Shown here: positions 34,356 through 43,878 of the stretch, in pieces | Position numbering within the stretch: the stretch's first letter is position 1 | Layout: the number at the start of each line of letters is the position of its first letter | NCBI GenBank assembly: GCA_964404515.1 | Contig: CAYOKE010000002.1 | Coordinates: 1 to 52,198 of the forward strand | DNA: 52,198 nt | From: an uncultured Gammaproteobacteria bacterium | Lineage (GTDB): Bacteria > Patescibacteriota > Patescibacteriia > Patescibacteriales > UBA12465 | Direction of reading: 5' to 3' | Position numbers and translations under genes: made by a program | The notes under the pieces: model-generated | What the model saw: the letters and a program-made list of their open reading frames with translations, nothing else | Told to the model about the DNA's origin: nothing | Database searches by the model: none

Positions 34356-34928
34356 ATGATAATTTCTCTAAGCGGCGCGCTCGGTTCCGGCAAGAGCACG
34401 ATTGCCCAGATGCTGGCAGAAAAATTAGGCTGGCCGCGCTATTATATGGGTGGTTTGCGCCGGGAAGCGGCCAAGAAAATGGGCTTGACCTTGGAAGAGT
34501 ATAATAAACTGGGGGAGAATGACCCGACGACCGACCTGGAAGTCGATGAGAAGCTCCAGAAGAGACTGGCTGAGGCCGTGCCTGATTTCATTATCGAGGG
34601 CCGGACTGCCTGGTATTTCCTGCCCCAATCCCTTAAAATCTATTTAGATGTTGACAAAGAAGAAGGTGCTAAACGTATTTTCTCTAATCTTCAACAAAAA
34701 AATGATAGAAATGAAGCTAAGGGGCTAGATAGCTGGCAAGCCGTTTTAAAAAGCAACCTGAAGCGGGTAGAAAGCGATAGGGCCAGATATGGCAAGTATT
34801 ATGGTATCGATGTCTATGATACCAATCATTATGATTTTTGCTTTGATACCACGGGCGTGCCCCTAGAGAAGGTTTTCGAAGCGGTCTGGGGTTTCGTAGA
34901 AAGCCATCTTGACAAGAAGAAAATTTAA
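34356..34928 (+). CDS. cytidylate kinase-like P-loop kinase
   Basis: IISLSGALGSGKSTIAQMLAEKLGW P-loop. About 190 aa, archaeal-type (d)CMP kinase-like. Confidence 0.65.
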   Translation: MIISLSGALGSGKSTIAQMLAEKLGWPRYYMGGLRREAAKKMGLTLEEYNKLGENDPTTDLEVDEKLQKRLAEAVPDFIIEGRTAWYFLPQSLKIYLDVDKEEGAKRIFSNLQQKNDRNEAKGLDSWQAVLKSNLKRVESDRARYGKYYGIDVYDTNHYDFCFDTTGVPLEKVFEAVWGFVESHLDKKKI

Positions 34929-35012
34929 TTATAATATTAGACAAGATTTATCTAGATAAAAAGAAATTTTAAACGAGATTTTGCCAATCTCGTTTATATA
35001 ATTAAAAACCAT

Positions 35013-35339
35013 ATGGTTGAGACAAAATTAGAATTAAAGCCCGGGATGACTATCAGGGTCTATCAAAAAATTAAGGAATTGAACTCTAAGGGTGAAGAGA
35101 AAGAGAGAATTCAATACTTTGAAGGGTTGATAATTGCTCGTAAGCATAATAAGGAGAAGGGCGCGACGATTACCGTCCGCAAGGTTTCTGACGGCATCGG
35201 CGTCGAGAAGATCTTCCCCTTGAACTTACCGACTATCACCAAAATCGAGATCAAGAAGGAAGCCAAGGTCAAACGGGCCAAATTATATTATCTGCGAGGC
35301 GAATACAAGAAGAGGTTAAAGGAAAAAGTCGTCAAATAA
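35013..35339 (+). CDS. rplS: 50S ribosomal protein L19
   Basis: [31 protein letters not shown] and [11 protein letters not shown] motifs. Confidence 0.95.
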   Translation: MVETKLELKPGMTIRVYQKIKELNSKGEEKERIQYFEGLIIARKHNKEKGATITVRKVSDGIGVEKIFPLNLPTITKIEIKKEAKVKRAKLYYLRGEYKKRLKEKVVK

Positions 35340-35356
35340 GACGGCTTTTTCTGGTT

Positions 35357-35438
35357 GCGCGAGTGCTGTAATTGGTAGCCAGGCTGGCTTGAGGTGCCAG
35401 TGCCGCAAGGCGTGGAGGTTCGAGTCCTCTCTCGCGCA
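35357..35438 (+). tRNA. tRNA-Leu (GAG)
   Basis: Acceptor GCGCGAG/CTCGCGC. Anticodon stem CTGGC/GCCAG with loop TTGAGGT. Long variable arm. Confidence 0.9.
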
Positions 35439-35444
35439 CAGGTC

Positions 35445-35518
35445 GGGCGCATAGCTCAGCTGGTTAGAGCACTTCGTTTACACCGAAGGGGTCCAGGGTT
35501 CGAATCCTTGTGCGCCCA
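35445..35518 (+). tRNA. tRNA-Val (UAC)
   Basis: Acceptor GGGCGCA/TGCGCCC. Anticodon stem CTTCG/CGAAG with loop TTTACAC. Confidence 0.9.
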
Positions 35519-35528
35519 CCCCTAAGAG

Positions 35529-35566
35529 AAAAGGCTTCCGGGGATTACCGAAAGCCTTTTTTCGAA
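35529..35566. terminator. terminator hairpin after the tRNA pair
   Basis: AAAAGGCTT ... AAGCCTTTT followed by a T-run. Confidence 0.65.
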
Positions 35567-35575
35567 TCAGCTGGC

Positions 35576-36082
35576 TCAGTCAGTTGGCTGGGTCAAGAGG
35601 GCAAGATATAGTGCCCTTACCAGTCTTTCATTGAAGAAACGGATTTCCGCCCTAGACATCGGCCGGAACCGTTCTGTAGTCAAGAAGACGGAGCCGAGGA
35701 CTAAATAGCCGTCAGGATCGTTCTTATAATATCCGCCGTTACCATCCCGGTTTTCCCAGTAGATATATTTCTCGTCTTCCAATAAAATGGAGACAGAGAA
35801 ATTTTTCCGTTTAAGCCGGTAGTTGTCGATCAAGATCTGGAGATGGAATCGCGGCTGGCTGATGAGGCAGAGATTATCGCCTTGATCGATGACTGAGAAA
35901 TTATCCTTAGTTATCCGGTCGCATGATTTTTTCAAGACATCCTTGAATTCATAACAGAGATCATAAGGATTGATCTCGTCGAGAGAAGCCAGGTTGGCGG
36001 CCAGGAGGGAGTCGGGCTGGCTGGTCTGCGCGGAGGCTCCGAGCATGAACCAACATAATAGAAACGGGATGATTTTTTTCAT
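35576..36082 (-). CDS. secreted hypothetical protein
   Basis: Start placed at MKKIIPFLLCWFMLGASAQ (signal peptide). The longer ORF to 36166 adds an implausible leader. Confidence 0.6.
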   Translation of the reverse strand: MKKIIPFLLCWFMLGASAQTSQPDSLLAANLASLDEINPYDLCYEFKDVLKKSCDRITKDNFSVIDQGDNLCLISQPRFHLQILIDNYRLKRKNFSVSILLEDEKYIYWENRDGNGGYYKNDPDGYLVLGSVFLTTERFRPMSRAEIRFFNERLVRALYLALLTQPTD

Positions 36083-36186
36083 GGTTAATAGTTTGTATAA
36101 GGTGCTAATGGAATATATAGATCTCTTCGGGATTAGAGTCAAGAGTTCGACTTTATCTTTTACCATAAATTAGTTAAGCTTTAAAT

Positions 36187-36615
36187 ATGAAGAAGATTAT
36201 TTCCAGAAACGAGGAAGAAACAGTTAATTTTGGAATAAAGCTAGCCAAAAAGATGAAAGGCGGCGAAGTCTTGGCCTTCAGTGGGAACCTAGGAGCAGGC
36301 AAGACCAAGCTTATCCAGGGCCTAGCCAAAGGCTTGGGCGTCCCTGGCCGGGTGAACAGCCCGACTTTCAATATCCTGAAGATGTATAGGATAAACCGAC
36401 CGGGGAAGATAAAAGCTTTCTGCCATATCGATGCTTATCGCCTTAATTCTGGGAAGGATTTAACCGTCTTGGGCATTGAAGAGCTTTTCGGCCGTTTGGA
36501 GGTGGTTACTGCTATCGAATGGGCAGAGAAGGTAAAAGAGATATTGCCCCTGAAAGCGTTAAAGATAAATATTGATTATTTTAGCGAAAATAAAAGAAAA
36601 ATAAGCTTGAAATAA
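36187..36615 (+). CDS. tsaE: tRNA t6A biosynthesis ATPase TsaE
   Basis: FSGNLGAGKTKLIQGLAKGLG P-loop and SPTFNI motif. Confidence 0.85.
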   Translation: MKKIISRNEEETVNFGIKLAKKMKGGEVLAFSGNLGAGKTKLIQGLAKGLGVPGRVNSPTFNILKMYRINRPGKIKAFCHIDAYRLNSGKDLTVLGIEELFGRLEVVTAIEWAEKVKEILPLKALKINIDYFSENKRKISLK

Positions 36616-36624
36616 AAGGCTGTA

Positions 36625-37002
36625 TTGGCTATTGACATTTTTAGCTTAATTTATTATAGTATAGTCCCAATACAAAACCACGAAGAGATGTTAAACCAAA
36701 AAAGGCCAGATCTTGATGAAAGATTCTTAAATGGCCAGTACCTTAGAATCCAAGCAAGAATAGGCAAATATACCAGCGTCCAGAGGATCGAAGATGAACT
36801 TTTATCCGGCAATGTTTCCCCGTATACTCTTTATAAGCAGCGGGCCTTAATCCCAATCCTTAATAAAGTGTTAAACCTCATCGCGACGGGTGAATATGGT
36901 ATATGCAAAAGTTGCGGTAAACCGATAGAAACTAAAAGGTTAAAAATAGTTCCTGCGGCTACTGAATGCCTAGAGTGCATAAAAAAGGCGCCTCATCGAT
37001 GA
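36625..37002 (+). CDS. TraR/DksA-family C4 zinc-finger protein
   Basis: C-terminal CKSCGKPIE...ATECLEC four-Cys motif. Start uncertain (TTG 36625 or ATG 36688). Confidence 0.65.
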   Translation: MAIDIFSLIYYSIVPIQNHEEMLNQKRPDLDERFLNGQYLRIQARIGKYTSVQRIEDELLSGNVSPYTLYKQRALIPILNKVLNLIATGEYGICKSCGKPIETKRLKIVPAATECLECIKKAPHR

Positions 37003-37032
37003 AGAAGAAGCGCCTTTTAAAAAAGTAAAAAT

Positions 37033-37749
37033 CTACTTTTTGAAACTGAAAGCCCGAAATATCTGCGTTGGTTTCTCCTTTCTTTCTTCCTCGGTTAAGT
37101 TTTCTTCTGGGAAATAGTTAGCCGCCATGCGCACAATTATGAATTCTAGATCTTCTCTCCCGATTTCCCCGGAAACGATGCGTACGGCCTCACGGGTAAT
37201 ATCCCCAACTTTCATTAATCTGTCTTCCGGTTCTTCAAGTCGGCTATTTTTAGGATTATGTCGGGCAGCTAGTATGGTCACTAAGGGGCCGGCCATCCCG
37301 CGTCCTTCCAAAAAAGAGTTTTTTATCCCGGCAACCGGATTTGATCCGTATGGCCAAATAGCGCAATTGGCATATTTATCGCCTCGGTCACCGGTAACTT
37401 TAGGATCAAAAGATAGGTCGACCGCCATTCCGGCGGCTAGCCCGGCGGTTTTTTCTGGATCTTCACGCCGGACTATCAAAGGTTCTTGGTTAGCCTGCCG
37501 GTGATATGACCTATAAATTTCATTGACATCCACGATGAAGTTTCCCCCCTGAGAAATGAAAAACGAGGCCATGTCCTTGTAAGCCTGGTGGCATCTCTTC
37601 CGATATTCTTCCGGATTTTCCTTGGCTTTATCCTTGTTTTTCAAGAATCTTAAATTGCCCCAGAGCAAGGCTAGGTTTTCCGGGATTTCTTTGTTCTCTT
37701 TCTTCGCCGATATTTTTGGCTCGCTAACCAGCACTTCTATATTAGACAT
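37033..37749 (-). CDS. hypothetical protein
   Basis: 238-aa ORF with an 8-nt overlap to the lspA stop. No recognisable motif. Confidence 0.6.
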   Translation of the reverse strand: MSNIEVLVSEPKISAKKENKEIPENLALLWGNLRFLKNKDKAKENPEEYRKRCHQAYKDMASFFISQGGNFIVDVNEIYRSYHRQANQEPLIVRREDPEKTAGLAAGMAVDLSFDPKVTGDRGDKYANCAIWPYGSNPVAGIKNSFLEGRGMAGPLVTILAARHNPKNSRLEEPEDRLMKVGDITREAVRIVSGEIGREDLEFIIVRMAANYFPEENLTEEERKEKPTQIFRAFSFKK

Positions 37750-38218
37750 ATTTTTCCCTCTTAAAATTTAGGAGGAGGATGGCTATCACGCCTAAGCTAA
37801 TCATGGCATCAGCCAGGTTGAAAGTCGCGAAGTATCTTAGTTCTAAGTAATCCACGACATATCCGAAGACTAATCGGTCTATTATATTACTTATAGCACC
37901 AAAAGTCACGAAAGTTAATAGGGCCGTTGTTATGTAATATTTGCCTTGGCTTATGAAGCGGAAAATCGCGAAAATAAAACAGGCGATTATCGTTAGGATG
38001 ATGATATTCAATATCCACCCCCCTATTGGCAAGGAGAAGGCGATATAGTAATTAGGCGTGAAATTAAAAAGGAAGAAATCACCCACTAACTTGATTGGCG
38101 ATTTAAGCGATTGGTCCAGGGCTAGCATTTTCAAGTAACGGTCGGCAATAAAAAATATAGCTATCAGCAAGATAATAGCTATATTTTTGAAGTTTATTTT
38201 AAACAATGGTTTATTCAT
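37742..38218 (-). CDS. lspA: lipoprotein signal peptidase II
   Basis: Four TM segments, with NIIDRLVFGYVVDY and FNLADAMISLG motifs. Start set at MNKPLFK, giving a short overlap with the upstream zinc-finger gene. Confidence 0.85.
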   Translation of the reverse strand: MNKPLFKINFKNIAIILLIAIFFIADRYLKMLALDQSLKSPIKLVGDFFLFNFTPNYYIAFSLPIGGWILNIIILTIIACFIFAIFRFISQGKYYITTALLTFVTFGAISNIIDRLVFGYVVDYLELRYFATFNLADAMISLGVIAILLLNFKREKYV

Positions 38219-38603
38219 TTTCTTGTAATTCAGTCTTGCAAGTGACGCAAGAACTGGCTGTCGGCCGGGCGAGCAGGCGTTTTTCAGCGATCGGTTTGCC
38301 GCAATATTTACAGGTGCCATAGGTCCCTTTCTTTATTCGATCTAGGGCTTTATTAATATCTTCCAAGCTCTTTTCCAAGACTTTTTCGGCTATGACACTT
38401 GTCGAATAATCAGTTATTTCTTGAGCATTCTCATCGGGTTTGTCACCGTACTCCGGGAATTTAGCTGTCCGATCATCAGCTTCGTGTTCGTCTAAGCGCG
38501 ATAAATTCTGCAGATCGTTCATAATCCGCTTCTTCTGGCCTAGGAGTTGGGCCTCGATTTCTTTTATTGTCTGAGGGTTGATTGATTTATCCATATTAGC
38601 CAT
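38211..38603 (-). CDS. DksA/TraR-family C4 zinc-finger protein
   Basis: Coiled-coil N-part plus CKYCGKPI...ASSCVTC. Confidence 0.75.
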   Translation of the reverse strand: MANMDKSINPQTIKEIEAQLLGQKKRIMNDLQNLSRLDEHEADDRTAKFPEYGDKPDENAQEITDYSTSVIAEKVLEKSLEDINKALDRIKKGTYGTCKYCGKPIAEKRLLARPTASSCVTCKTELQENE

Positions 38604-38786
38604 TATTATCGTAAATTAAAAAAACTATATGGCAACTAGTTTTCATGCCTAAATTATAGCTTATTACGCGTTTTTTAGCAAGATATGGATGTTCAGCCGC
38701 CCTTTGACAAGGAGAAATGTTTCTGCTATGATTTTTTTGTGGCTGGGTGGGAAATGGCCATTTTTTAACACGTCGAAGAATAAAAT

Positions 38787-38863
38787 GGAGTGGTAGCTCA
38801 GTTGGTTAGAGCGCCTGCCTGTCACGCAGGAGGTCGCGGGTTCGAGCCCCGTCCATTCCGCCA
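38787..38863 (+). tRNA. tRNA-Asp (GUC), CCA encoded
   Basis: Acceptor GGAGTGG/CCATTCC. Anticodon stem CCTGC/GCAGG with loop CTGTCAC. 3' GCCA. Confidence 0.9.
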
Positions 38864-38864
38864 A

Positions 38865-38900
38865 TAAAAAACAACCTGGTTAGCGTCAGGTTATTTTTTT
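38865..38900. terminator. bidirectional terminator between convergent tRNAs
   Basis: AAAAAAC-AACCTG-8 nt-CAGGTT-ATTTTTTT. Confidence 0.7.
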
Positions 38901-38902
38901 GT

Positions 38903-38977
38903 TGGTGCCTCCAGGGGGAATCGAACCCTCATCTTGAGCTCCGGAAGCTCACGTTCTATCCGTTGAACTATGGAGAC
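38903..38977 (-). tRNA. tRNA-Arg (CCG), CCA encoded
   Basis: Reverse complement has acceptor GTCTCCA/TGGAGGC and anticodon stem TGAGC/GCTCA with loop TTCCGGA. Confidence 0.9.
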
Positions 38978-39543
38978 ATTGTTTTTCTTCGGGCAATAAG
39001 GAAGACAACTAAAGCCAGATTGGTGACGATCAGGGTCAGAGAATAGAATAAAGTCGTGAAATTGTAGGCCGCCAAAGCGCCGATCGAGGCAAGGAAGGCC
39101 AAGGCGGAGAATAGGTAGGATGACCAGGGTTCAGAATAAGGTTGGGAATAGGATTTGCGGAAGGTCGGGATGAATCCTAAACTGTCGATGAGCGCAGCTA
39201 AGATCACCGATATTATAGCGTTTTTCGTGAAAATGTAAAATACAGTTATTACCATAGCGCCAGCAAAGACTATTTGGTCGCTACGAGTGATATTTTTCTT
39301 TTTTTGCAGCAGAGCGCAGAGGGCAATCACGAAACAAAAGAAGGACTCCAGGGCGAAGATCCAGGCGCCTTCGCCGCCACCGCTGGTAAGGGATAGGATA
39401 AAACCTAGGCCAATCAGTATGCCCCAGGTAAGCCAGGAAAAGACGTGCGGAGAGGCTTCTTTCTTGGCTAAGGCCCGAAAATAAGGGACATAGATCAGAA
39501 AGCCCAAGATAAGAGAGATGATTGCCAAGATATCTTTTGTCAT
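38968..39543 (-). CDS. 7-TM PQ-loop/SWEET-like membrane protein (putative)
   Basis: Seven hydrophobic segments, with repeated motifs YVPYFRALAKKE and FIPTFRKSYSQ after helices 1 and 5. The last 10 nt overlap tRNA-Arg. Confidence 0.45.
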   Translation of the reverse strand: MTKDILAIISLILGFLIYVPYFRALAKKEASPHVFSWLTWGILIGLGFILSLTSGGGEGAWIFALESFFCFVIALCALLQKKKNITRSDQIVFAGAMVITVFYIFTKNAIISVILAALIDSLGFIPTFRKSYSQPYSEPWSSYLFSALAFLASIGALAAYNFTTLFYSLTLIVTNLALVVFLIARRKTMSP

Positions 39544-41111
39544 ATGAAACGGATGAAATATTCTTTCGGCACCAATTCAGCTTTGACAGTCGTCCCCCAG
39601 GTCGGTTCAGCTTCAGATAGGCGTTTCCGTCCCCTATCGTCTTGGAAATAAGGATCCACGGCCCTCGATTTCAGAGAAACACGGACGTCATATTTTTCCG
39701 GATCGAGACAGAAATCAATCTTGGAATTCATCTGGACGAAAAGCCGGGCCGCTTCCTGGTCGCTATCATTATATCTCCTCACCTTTTCTAGAACTTCAGC
39801 ATCGGTCGTATAAAGGTCATCCCAGGCTAGATATTTTCGGGATAGGGCATAACGGAAATAGGCACCGGTCCGAGCATAGATGACGGCGGCCAGAGCATGG
39901 GAATAGTAATCACGGTTAAGATCCAGGAAGAGTCGGGCATAGTCTGCGGCTGAGTCGCGATTAGAGAATAGCCAGCATCCATTTTCAGTTTGCAAATTAT
40001 CTAATAAAAAAGCTAACTGTTCTAGGGTCTTCTTCTTGCTCGTGAGAGCCAGGCGCAAGGAATAGTCCAGACGGTCGGCGCAGAGATTGGGAAGAGGGGA
40101 TTCTTTGAGTGGGAAGTTGTTATCATCTAGTATATAGTCTAGCTTGAAGCCATATCTTTCCAAGACGGCTGGTATACGTGAATTCTTTACAAAATTAACA
40201 AAGATCTTGTCTTGATGGTTCTGGCGGGCACCGTCACCTTCCTCAACGATGTAATCGATGCAATGGGAGAAGGCAGAATGAGAAACGTCGTGGATTAGGC
40301 CGGCAACTCGCTCCGCCAAGGGAGCATTGAAGCGGCGCAGGAGGAAATAGACGCCGAGTGAATGTTCGAAGCGGCTGAAATCCAGCTCTTGGCTCAGGAA
40401 AGCGTGCTGGCTCACTCCCTTCAGGCGCTGCATTTCCGGCAAAGCGATCAGTTCCAGGATGACGGGTTCATCGATCTTCTCCTTGCCGTATAGGCGGTCG
40501 AGAAAGGTGAGGGGATTTTTGGCTAGTTCTGTTTCCCGCTTTCTCGCCATCATTAATTCGCCAAAGAGAGCGCTGGTCTCCGGAGAACAGAAAGGACGAC
40601 GGACGAGCTTCTCGTCTTTCAGCCAAAAATCATACATTTCATCTGGGGAGAGTCCCATAGATTCGCCGTGGTGTCTGAAGGCCTGCCAGCTCGATTGGGC
40701 ATAGAGGAAATCCAGGTCGTTAAAGAAAGCCAAAAGGAGTGAATCTTTATAGGGTTGGTCGTCGCCGAAGGCCCAGTTGTCATGGACGGAGACCAAATAG
40801 ACAATCTGGCGTGACAGTTCCGGGTCATAATCAGCTTCTTCTAATATCTTTTTTGCTGCCTTAGCGCCCTCTTCAAGGTGGAGGCGCTTGGTTCCTTGGT
40901 CTTTGATATGAGGATTGCGGCTATCGACGAATGCATAGCCGATATCATGCAGGATGATGAGGGGTAGTAGGATCTTCTCATTTAGCCCGAGCTTGTTAGC
41001 TAAACGTTCAGCCTGCTTTAGCATCCAATCTATCTGGTCAAGATCATAAACACACCCCTTTTCGTAATAGGGGCGAGCAAGATTGAGGATTTCCTGGTAG
41101 ATGGGCTGCAT
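39540..41111 (-). CDS. tandem HD-domain phosphohydrolase (C-terminal half SAMHD1/COG1078-like)
   Basis: LILHDIGY in the N-half. FEHSLGVYFL ... GLIHDVSHSAFSH ... DRLDY in the C-half. Confidence 0.65.
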   Translation of the reverse strand: MQPIYQEILNLARPYYEKGCVYDLDQIDWMLKQAERLANKLGLNEKILLPLIILHDIGYAFVDSRNPHIKDQGTKRLHLEEGAKAAKKILEEADYDPELSRQIVYLVSVHDNWAFGDDQPYKDSLLLAFFNDLDFLYAQSSWQAFRHHGESMGLSPDEMYDFWLKDEKLVRRPFCSPETSALFGELMMARKRETELAKNPLTFLDRLYGKEKIDEPVILELIALPEMQRLKGVSQHAFLSQELDFSRFEHSLGVYFLLRRFNAPLAERVAGLIHDVSHSAFSHCIDYIVEEGDGARQNHQDKIFVNFVKNSRIPAVLERYGFKLDYILDDNNFPLKESPLPNLCADRLDYSLRLALTSKKKTLEQLAFLLDNLQTENGCWLFSNRDSAADYARLFLDLNRDYYSHALAAVIYARTGAYFRYALSRKYLAWDDLYTTDAEVLEKVRRYNDSDQEAARLFVQMNSKIDFCLDPEKYDVRVSLKSRAVDPYFQDDRGRKRLSEAEPTWGTTVKAELVPKEYFIRFI

Positions 41112-41116
41112 ATTAA

Positions 41117-41776
41117 CTAGATTATCTTAGCAGAGTCTTCTGTTAGTAATTCGGCTATTCCTGCCCCCATCTTCTTGATGTCTTCAGGGAATTGATCGGT
41201 TGAAAATTCCAAGGCTGTCATGGCATCTAATCCTAATCCGTATTTTGCGCCGGTTTCCCGCATGTCTTTAATAAGTAGACCGCGGCGGTTGCGCTGGGTG
41301 TAGTGCGGTTCGATAACGGCATCTTTTATCAGTCCCAACCCCTTAGCCATCTGGCTATTTTCATCGCTGCCCTTGACGCGGAAAGAGGTAGCCAGGATTT
41401 TGGCGCCCGCCGATTCTCCTATTATGCACTCTGCTTTAGTAATCAATTCCTGGAGGCGCTGGCTTTCTGATATCTTTTTTATCAGGTTTAAGTTATCTCT
41501 CCCGCCGCTCAAAAAAAGTAGCGGCCGCTCGGCCTTATCCAAATCTCCTTCCTGTTCAGCATTGAGATACTCTATTCCCTCAGCCAGCTTGATATTGCGA
41601 TTGAAATAGTCGCCTTCCCACTCTTCCCACGCGGTTTCGGTGCGGGCGTAAGGAATATGGAGGACTTGCTTCGGCTTTAAGTTATTTATGACTTCGCCAA
41701 TCATTTTTAGCTCGTCTGGCGCTTGACCAAATTCGGCGCCGCCGAAAAGGATGATTTTTTGAGAGGGTTGGTTCAT
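41117..41776 (-). CDS. peptidase S51 / type 1 glutamine amidotransferase-like protein
   Basis: LFLSGGRDN and IGESAGAKIL (GxSAG nucleophile) motifs. Confidence 0.65.
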   Translation of the reverse strand: MNQPSQKIILFGGAEFGQAPDELKMIGEVINNLKPKQVLHIPYARTETAWEEWEGDYFNRNIKLAEGIEYLNAEQEGDLDKAERPLLFLSGGRDNLNLIKKISESQRLQELITKAECIIGESAGAKILATSFRVKGSDENSQMAKGLGLIKDAVIEPHYTQRNRRGLLIKDMRETGAKYGLGLDAMTALEFSTDQFPEDIKKMGAGIAELLTEDSAKII

Positions 41777-42333
41777 AGCAAGGGTTTTAATTTTTCTAGC
41801 AATTGCGGGAATTCGGTATAGCCTGCCTTCTTGTTGAAATGGCCGGCGTTGGGGACGAAGGATAGCTCGATACCTAGATTCTTGGCCAATTCTTGACCGT
41901 TGCCGAGAGATACAAAGGGGTCATCATCAGAATGGAAGACGATGAAGCTAGCGGCATTAGATTTTATCTTTTGCCAATCAAAAGAAAAACCACTGAAACT
42001 AGAGTCGCGGTCGTAGTTCAATAGAGGCCGGATGCCTATCGGTGTGCCAGTGAGAGCCGCTATCCGGATTGGTTTTTCCAGCTTCTCTAGGACCCGCAGG
42101 GCGAATACGCCGCCTAGGCTATGTCCGATGATAATAGTATCTTCGTCGATATACTGCCGATATTTATCTAAGACAGTGAACCATTCATTAATTTTGGCCG
42201 GGACGACCGGTGGGGTCGGGAATTGGGGGACCATAACCCTATGTCCTAACCCCTCCAGCTTTTCTTTAAGCCAAGGAAACCAGTTTTCCTCAGGGTAGCC
42301 TTCAGTGCCGTGGAAGATGAAGATGTTGGACAT
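41773..42333 (-). CDS. alpha/beta hydrolase (YdeN/RBBP9-like serine hydrolase)
   Basis: IIGHSLGG nucleophile elbow. HSDDDPFV and NAGHF complete a plausible triad. Confidence 0.7.
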   Translation of the reverse strand: MSNIFIFHGTEGYPEENWFPWLKEKLEGLGHRVMVPQFPTPPVVPAKINEWFTVLDKYRQYIDEDTIIIGHSLGGVFALRVLEKLEKPIRIAALTGTPIGIRPLLNYDRDSSFSGFSFDWQKIKSNAASFIVFHSDDDPFVSLGNGQELAKNLGIELSFVPNAGHFNKKAGYTEFPQLLEKLKPLL

Positions 42334-42337
42334 AATA

Positions 42338-42841
42338 TTATATTTTATCTTTCGCCGCTTTTAACAAGGCGGTGTCTCTCGGGACGATGTAGCCTCGGCC
42401 TTCCATATCAGTCGCCTGGCTTTCGCTGATTAGCCTCAGAGCATCTGCATATGACGTCCAGATTTGTTCAAAACCACTTGTTGTTTCTTCGTCCGTAAAA
42501 TGTGGTTCGCCTTTCTGACCCCGTATCTTGGTTAGGTAGCAATAGGAAATTTGCTTGATGCCGGACATTTTTCGATATTCAACAATTGATCCGACTTCTT
42601 CTAATACTTCCACGGCGCAGCCGATTTCTTCTTCGCATTCTCGTTGTAAAGCGAGCAGATGGTTTTCCTCACCTTCTATGCCGCCGCCGGGCAGCTTATA
42701 GTACCCCTTATTGGATACATGGAGGACAGCGATCTTGTCCTCGTCATCCAGAACTATCGCTCGTACTGCTTCGCGGATGGGATAACTCTTAGCTTCCACT
42801 TCAGAGACATTTTCGGGGTTAATGAGCAATAGCTGTTTCAT
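42338..42841 (-). CDS. NUDIX hydrolase
   Basis: Nudix box GGGIEGEENHLLALQRECEEEIGC. Confidence 0.85.
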   Translation of the reverse strand: MKQLLLINPENVSEVEAKSYPIREAVRAIVLDDEDKIAVLHVSNKGYYKLPGGGIEGEENHLLALQRECEEEIGCAVEVLEEVGSIVEYRKMSGIKQISYCYLTKIRGQKGEPHFTDEETTSGFEQIWTSYADALRLISESQATDMEGRGYIVPRDTALLKAAKDKI

Positions 42842-42854
42842 ATAGTTTTAAGTA

Positions 42855-43301
42855 TTATTTTTGCCCCCAATCGATAAGTTCCGTGAATCTCAGATAGAAT
42901 CCGAACGGATCGACTAGGCGGAAATCCTTCCAAACATGGCCGTGATCTTCTAGTTCTTTCAGCTCCCGAACAATATCATCTTTTAAATTATCGGAGACTA
43001 CTTTGTATAATCCCTCGATATCATCCGTTACTATAGTAATCCCAGTAGCGTAGCCCCGTTTCGTGTCTTTGGGGAATTGCTTGAAAAAGGCTTGATTGTA
43101 GATTCGCCCATCTCCGCCATAAAAGTTGAGTATAGTATTGCCCGCCCTATCTCCTCTAGTCATGGTTAGGTAGCCAAGATTTTTTTCGTTTAATTTATCA
43201 TCCAAACTTACCTCAAAGCCTAGTTTTGAATAAAACTCCTTGATTATCTCCAGATCCGGAACGTGGAGTTCGATTATTAGGTTGTTTCTTATCGGTTGCA
43301 T
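42855..43301 (-). CDS. VOC/glyoxalase-bleomycin-resistance family protein (putative)
   Basis: About 148 aa, with a beta-alpha-beta-beta-beta-like pattern (ELHVPDLEIIKEFYSKLGFEV). Confidence 0.45.
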   Translation of the reverse strand: MQPIRNNLIIELHVPDLEIIKEFYSKLGFEVSLDDKLNEKNLGYLTMTRGDRAGNTILNFYGGDGRIYNQAFFKQFPKDTKRGYATGITIVTDDIEGLYKVVSDNLKDDIVRELKELEDHGHVWKDFRLVDPFGFYLRFTELIDWGQK

Positions 43302-43321
43302 AGTTTTATCATGATTCTAGC

Positions 43322-43873
43322 TTATTTATGCCCTTCTAGGGCTTTAATCCATCTTTCGTAATTTTCCTTGGCGAATTTTTTCCGCTCTTCTGAACCGATG
43401 CGATTATACATCCAGTCTAATTTTTCTTTTATTTTGCCACAACCTTCAAGTGGCGCTTTTTCTTGGACGAATTTTTGAGCGTTAGTTTCAAAGAAGCTGA
43501 CCGAATCCGCATCCCGGAGAGAATTTTGTTCCTCATCGCCTCCGATTTCGTGGCAACTGATAAGATTGCGAACTTTTTCTATAAGCGTGTCCGGCGCTTG
43601 TTCGGATTTCAAGAATTTAGCCATAAACGAAGCCCCTTTTTCCTGATGATTTTTCATGAATACCGGATCAAGGTAGTTTTTTGGTACAAGTTTATTTTTG
43701 TCCCTAAAAGCTCGTTCAATATCATGGCTGTAGGCGGCAATCCGGTGAGCCTCGGTCGTTTCCGGCCAGAATTTTTCCATCCAGAAAACCGTCCTCTCGA
43801 AATGCGGTTCACGTTCGACCCTAAATGATTGATTAACGTATTCTACGGTTTTTGCGTATAAGTCGTCCGCCAT
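43322..43873 (-). CDS. HD-superfamily protein (putative)
   Basis: AHRIAAYSHDIERAF His...His-Asp motif. Confidence 0.45.
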   Translation of the reverse strand: MADDLYAKTVEYVNQSFRVEREPHFERTVFWMEKFWPETTEAHRIAAYSHDIERAFRDKNKLVPKNYLDPVFMKNHQEKGASFMAKFLKSEQAPDTLIEKVRNLISCHEIGGDEEQNSLRDADSVSFFETNAQKFVQEKAPLEGCGKIKEKLDWMYNRIGSEERKKFAKENYERWIKALEGHK

Positions 43874-43878
43874 GGCGA

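Noticed and set aside
38968-38977. 10-nt overlap between the 3' end of CDS 38968..39543 and the 5' end of tRNA-Arg(CCG) on the same strand.
   Set aside because: This is probably genuine compaction, or a slightly mis-set tRNA 5' boundary. It is not evidence of a pseudogene, since both features look intact.
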